Positions 61,844 to 62,933 of a stretch of 62,933 nt of DNA are shown here, piece by piece. Position numbers and translations under genes: made by a program. The notes under the pieces were generated by a model that was not told the DNA's origin, did no database searches, and was given only the letters and a program-made list of their open reading frames with translations. Numbering within the stretch: position 1 is the stretch's first letter; every line of letters begins with the position of its first letter. The DNA is from Desulfurococcaceae archaeon (GTDB taxonomy: Archaea; Thermoproteota; Thermoprotei_A; Sulfolobales; Desulfurococcaceae). Location: assembly GCA_038888155.1 (NCBI GenBank), contig JAWAJB010000005.1, positions 1 through 62,933 on the forward strand, given 5' to 3'.

Positions 61844-62623
61844 ATGATAAGTGAAGCAAGAGACATAGTCCAGGGGGTATTGTGGAAGCTTCAAGTCCCA
61901 TTCATTATTATATTAACACTTATAGCTGTGCGGGTTCTACTAAAGAGAGTCCTTGACACCTTAAACACTAAAAAAATACTGTCCTTTGAAGCAAAGGAGA
62001 CAATAATCAGAGTCCTTGACATATTCATAATTATAATAGCTTTCCTGATGCTCCTATCTCAGTTCATTGAGGTCTACTCAGTTTTGATCGCTGTTGGGGT
62101 CCTTGGGCTCTCTATAGCCGTTATACTGTTTGATCGAATCAAGGGCTTTATTGTATATTTAAGGCTTCAAGCTGATCGCCGAGTCCTAAATAAACCCTAT
62201 ATGATTATTCTTCCAGGGTTCGGAAAATCAATTTACGGAAGAGTTACAAATATTTCCTCAACTTATTGCACTATAGAAGATATCTTTGGAGATAGGTATA
62301 TGGTCCCAAACACTTTAATATACAATGCTGTTCTAAAGCCATATACGCCCTACTTAGTGTTTAGGCTAAGGGTAAAGCTATCAAGTGAAGAAGATAAAAA
62401 GCAGGTTCTAGAGCTCATAAAGAACCTTAGATCAGACGTTTTCAGGGTGGATGAGAGAAAGTGTATAGTTGATAGAATAAGTAAGGATGAAGTAGATTTA
62501 AAGATCGCTCTACACCCGCTCTCGACAACAATTAGGTCAGCTGATATTCAGAACTTCATAGCCGAGCAACTTGAGCGCTTCAAAGAATATGAAGTGGAAA
62601 TAGAGCTCATAGAAATATATTAA
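61844..62623 (+). CDS. Divergent MscS-family membrane protein
   Basis: 3 N-terminal TM, GRVTNIS..CTIED..G..MVPN; 2-bp gap after trkA. Confidence 0.65.
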   Translation: MISEARDIVQGVLWKLQVPFIIILTLIAVRVLLKRVLDTLNTKKILSFEAKETIIRVLDIFIIIIAFLMLLSQFIEVYSVLIAVGVLGLSIAVILFDRIKGFIVYLRLQADRRVLNKPYMIILPGFGKSIYGRVTNISSTYCTIEDIFGDRYMVPNTLIYNAVLKPYTPYLVFRLRVKLSSEEDKKQVLELIKNLRSDVFRVDERKCIVDRISKDEVDLKIALHPLSTTIRSADIQNFIAEQLERFKEYEVEIELIEIY

Positions 62624-62795
62624 TTCATGTGGGTTAAATTTCCCGTAAACCTAGTGTATCCTTAGTTTACCGCGTAGATTGGACATAAACAACATTAAAT
62701 TACTTTGGGCATCTGTGCCTAGCGTTACCCGTAACCAACGAAAATAATTGCACTCAACTTACAGTTAAATATGTGCAAAAATAAAATGTAGATAG

Positions 62796-62933
62796 GTGAG
62801 GTACACGAAGTTCGTTTACTTCTCTCACTGTTGGTGCAGCCATCCAAGAGTTGGAGTCCTGTACGGCAATTTCGTAGTCGACCTAGTTGAGGCCTACAAA
62901 GAGGTCTACAGCGCTGAGCCCCCTAACTGGCTC
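62796..62933 (+). CDS. 5' fragment of the second copy of the FAH-like gene, runs off window
   Basis: Same frame KFVYFSHCWC..PPNWL; the ATG position reads ACG (62805-07), with an in-frame GTG at 62796. Confidence 0.5.
   Translation, partial: MRYTKFVYFSHCWCSHPRVGVLYGNFVVDLVEAYKEVYSAEPPNWL
62807..62933. repeat. Terminal inverted repeat, right copy (127 bp)
   Basis: Exact reverse complement of 1-127. Confidence 0.97.

Noticed and set aside
1998-61894. Many 60-165 aa antisense or nested ORFs in the six-frame track (for example 2343-2735, 4624-5031, 42355-42786, 60566-61063)
   Set aside because: Shadow frames of well-supported genes, without motifs of their own.
1-62933. Linear virus, plasmid, casposon or transposon with terminal inverted repeats
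   Set aside because: No polymerase, capsid, integrase or transposase; content is chromosomal metabolism; the repeat is coding and its length equals a common assembler k-mer.

Overview
A roughly 41% GC chromosomal segment of a probably thermophilic archaeon (Thermoproteota-like proteins, GGTGA Shine-Dalgarno motifs, TTTAWA boxes). It holds about 50 metabolic and transport genes. I found no tRNA, rRNA, CRISPR array or transposase. Main observations: (1) the two ends carry an exact 127-bp inverted repeat that is the 5' coding end of a duplicated FAH-like gene; (2) a 15-kb cluster (racemase-type class III PLP enzyme, Dpp/Opp ABC importer, two divergent D-aminoacylases, hydantoin racemase, lysine/saccharopine dehydrogenase, DUF917) looks like an uncharacterised D-amino-acid/hydantoin salvage pathway; (3) a double-guide box C/D sRNA at 39341-39390 that the ORF track misses; (4) a 27-bp G.U-compatible hairpin upstream of the ABC operon; (5) an identical 114-bp tract shared by dppD and dppF; (6) a phosphatase-msc-GT4 operon lacking a trehalose-6-P synthase but preceded by glycerate kinase; (7) an orphan encapsulin-type ferritin-like domain and a DUF917 pseudogene. 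All calls rest on motif recognition only, with no database searches.
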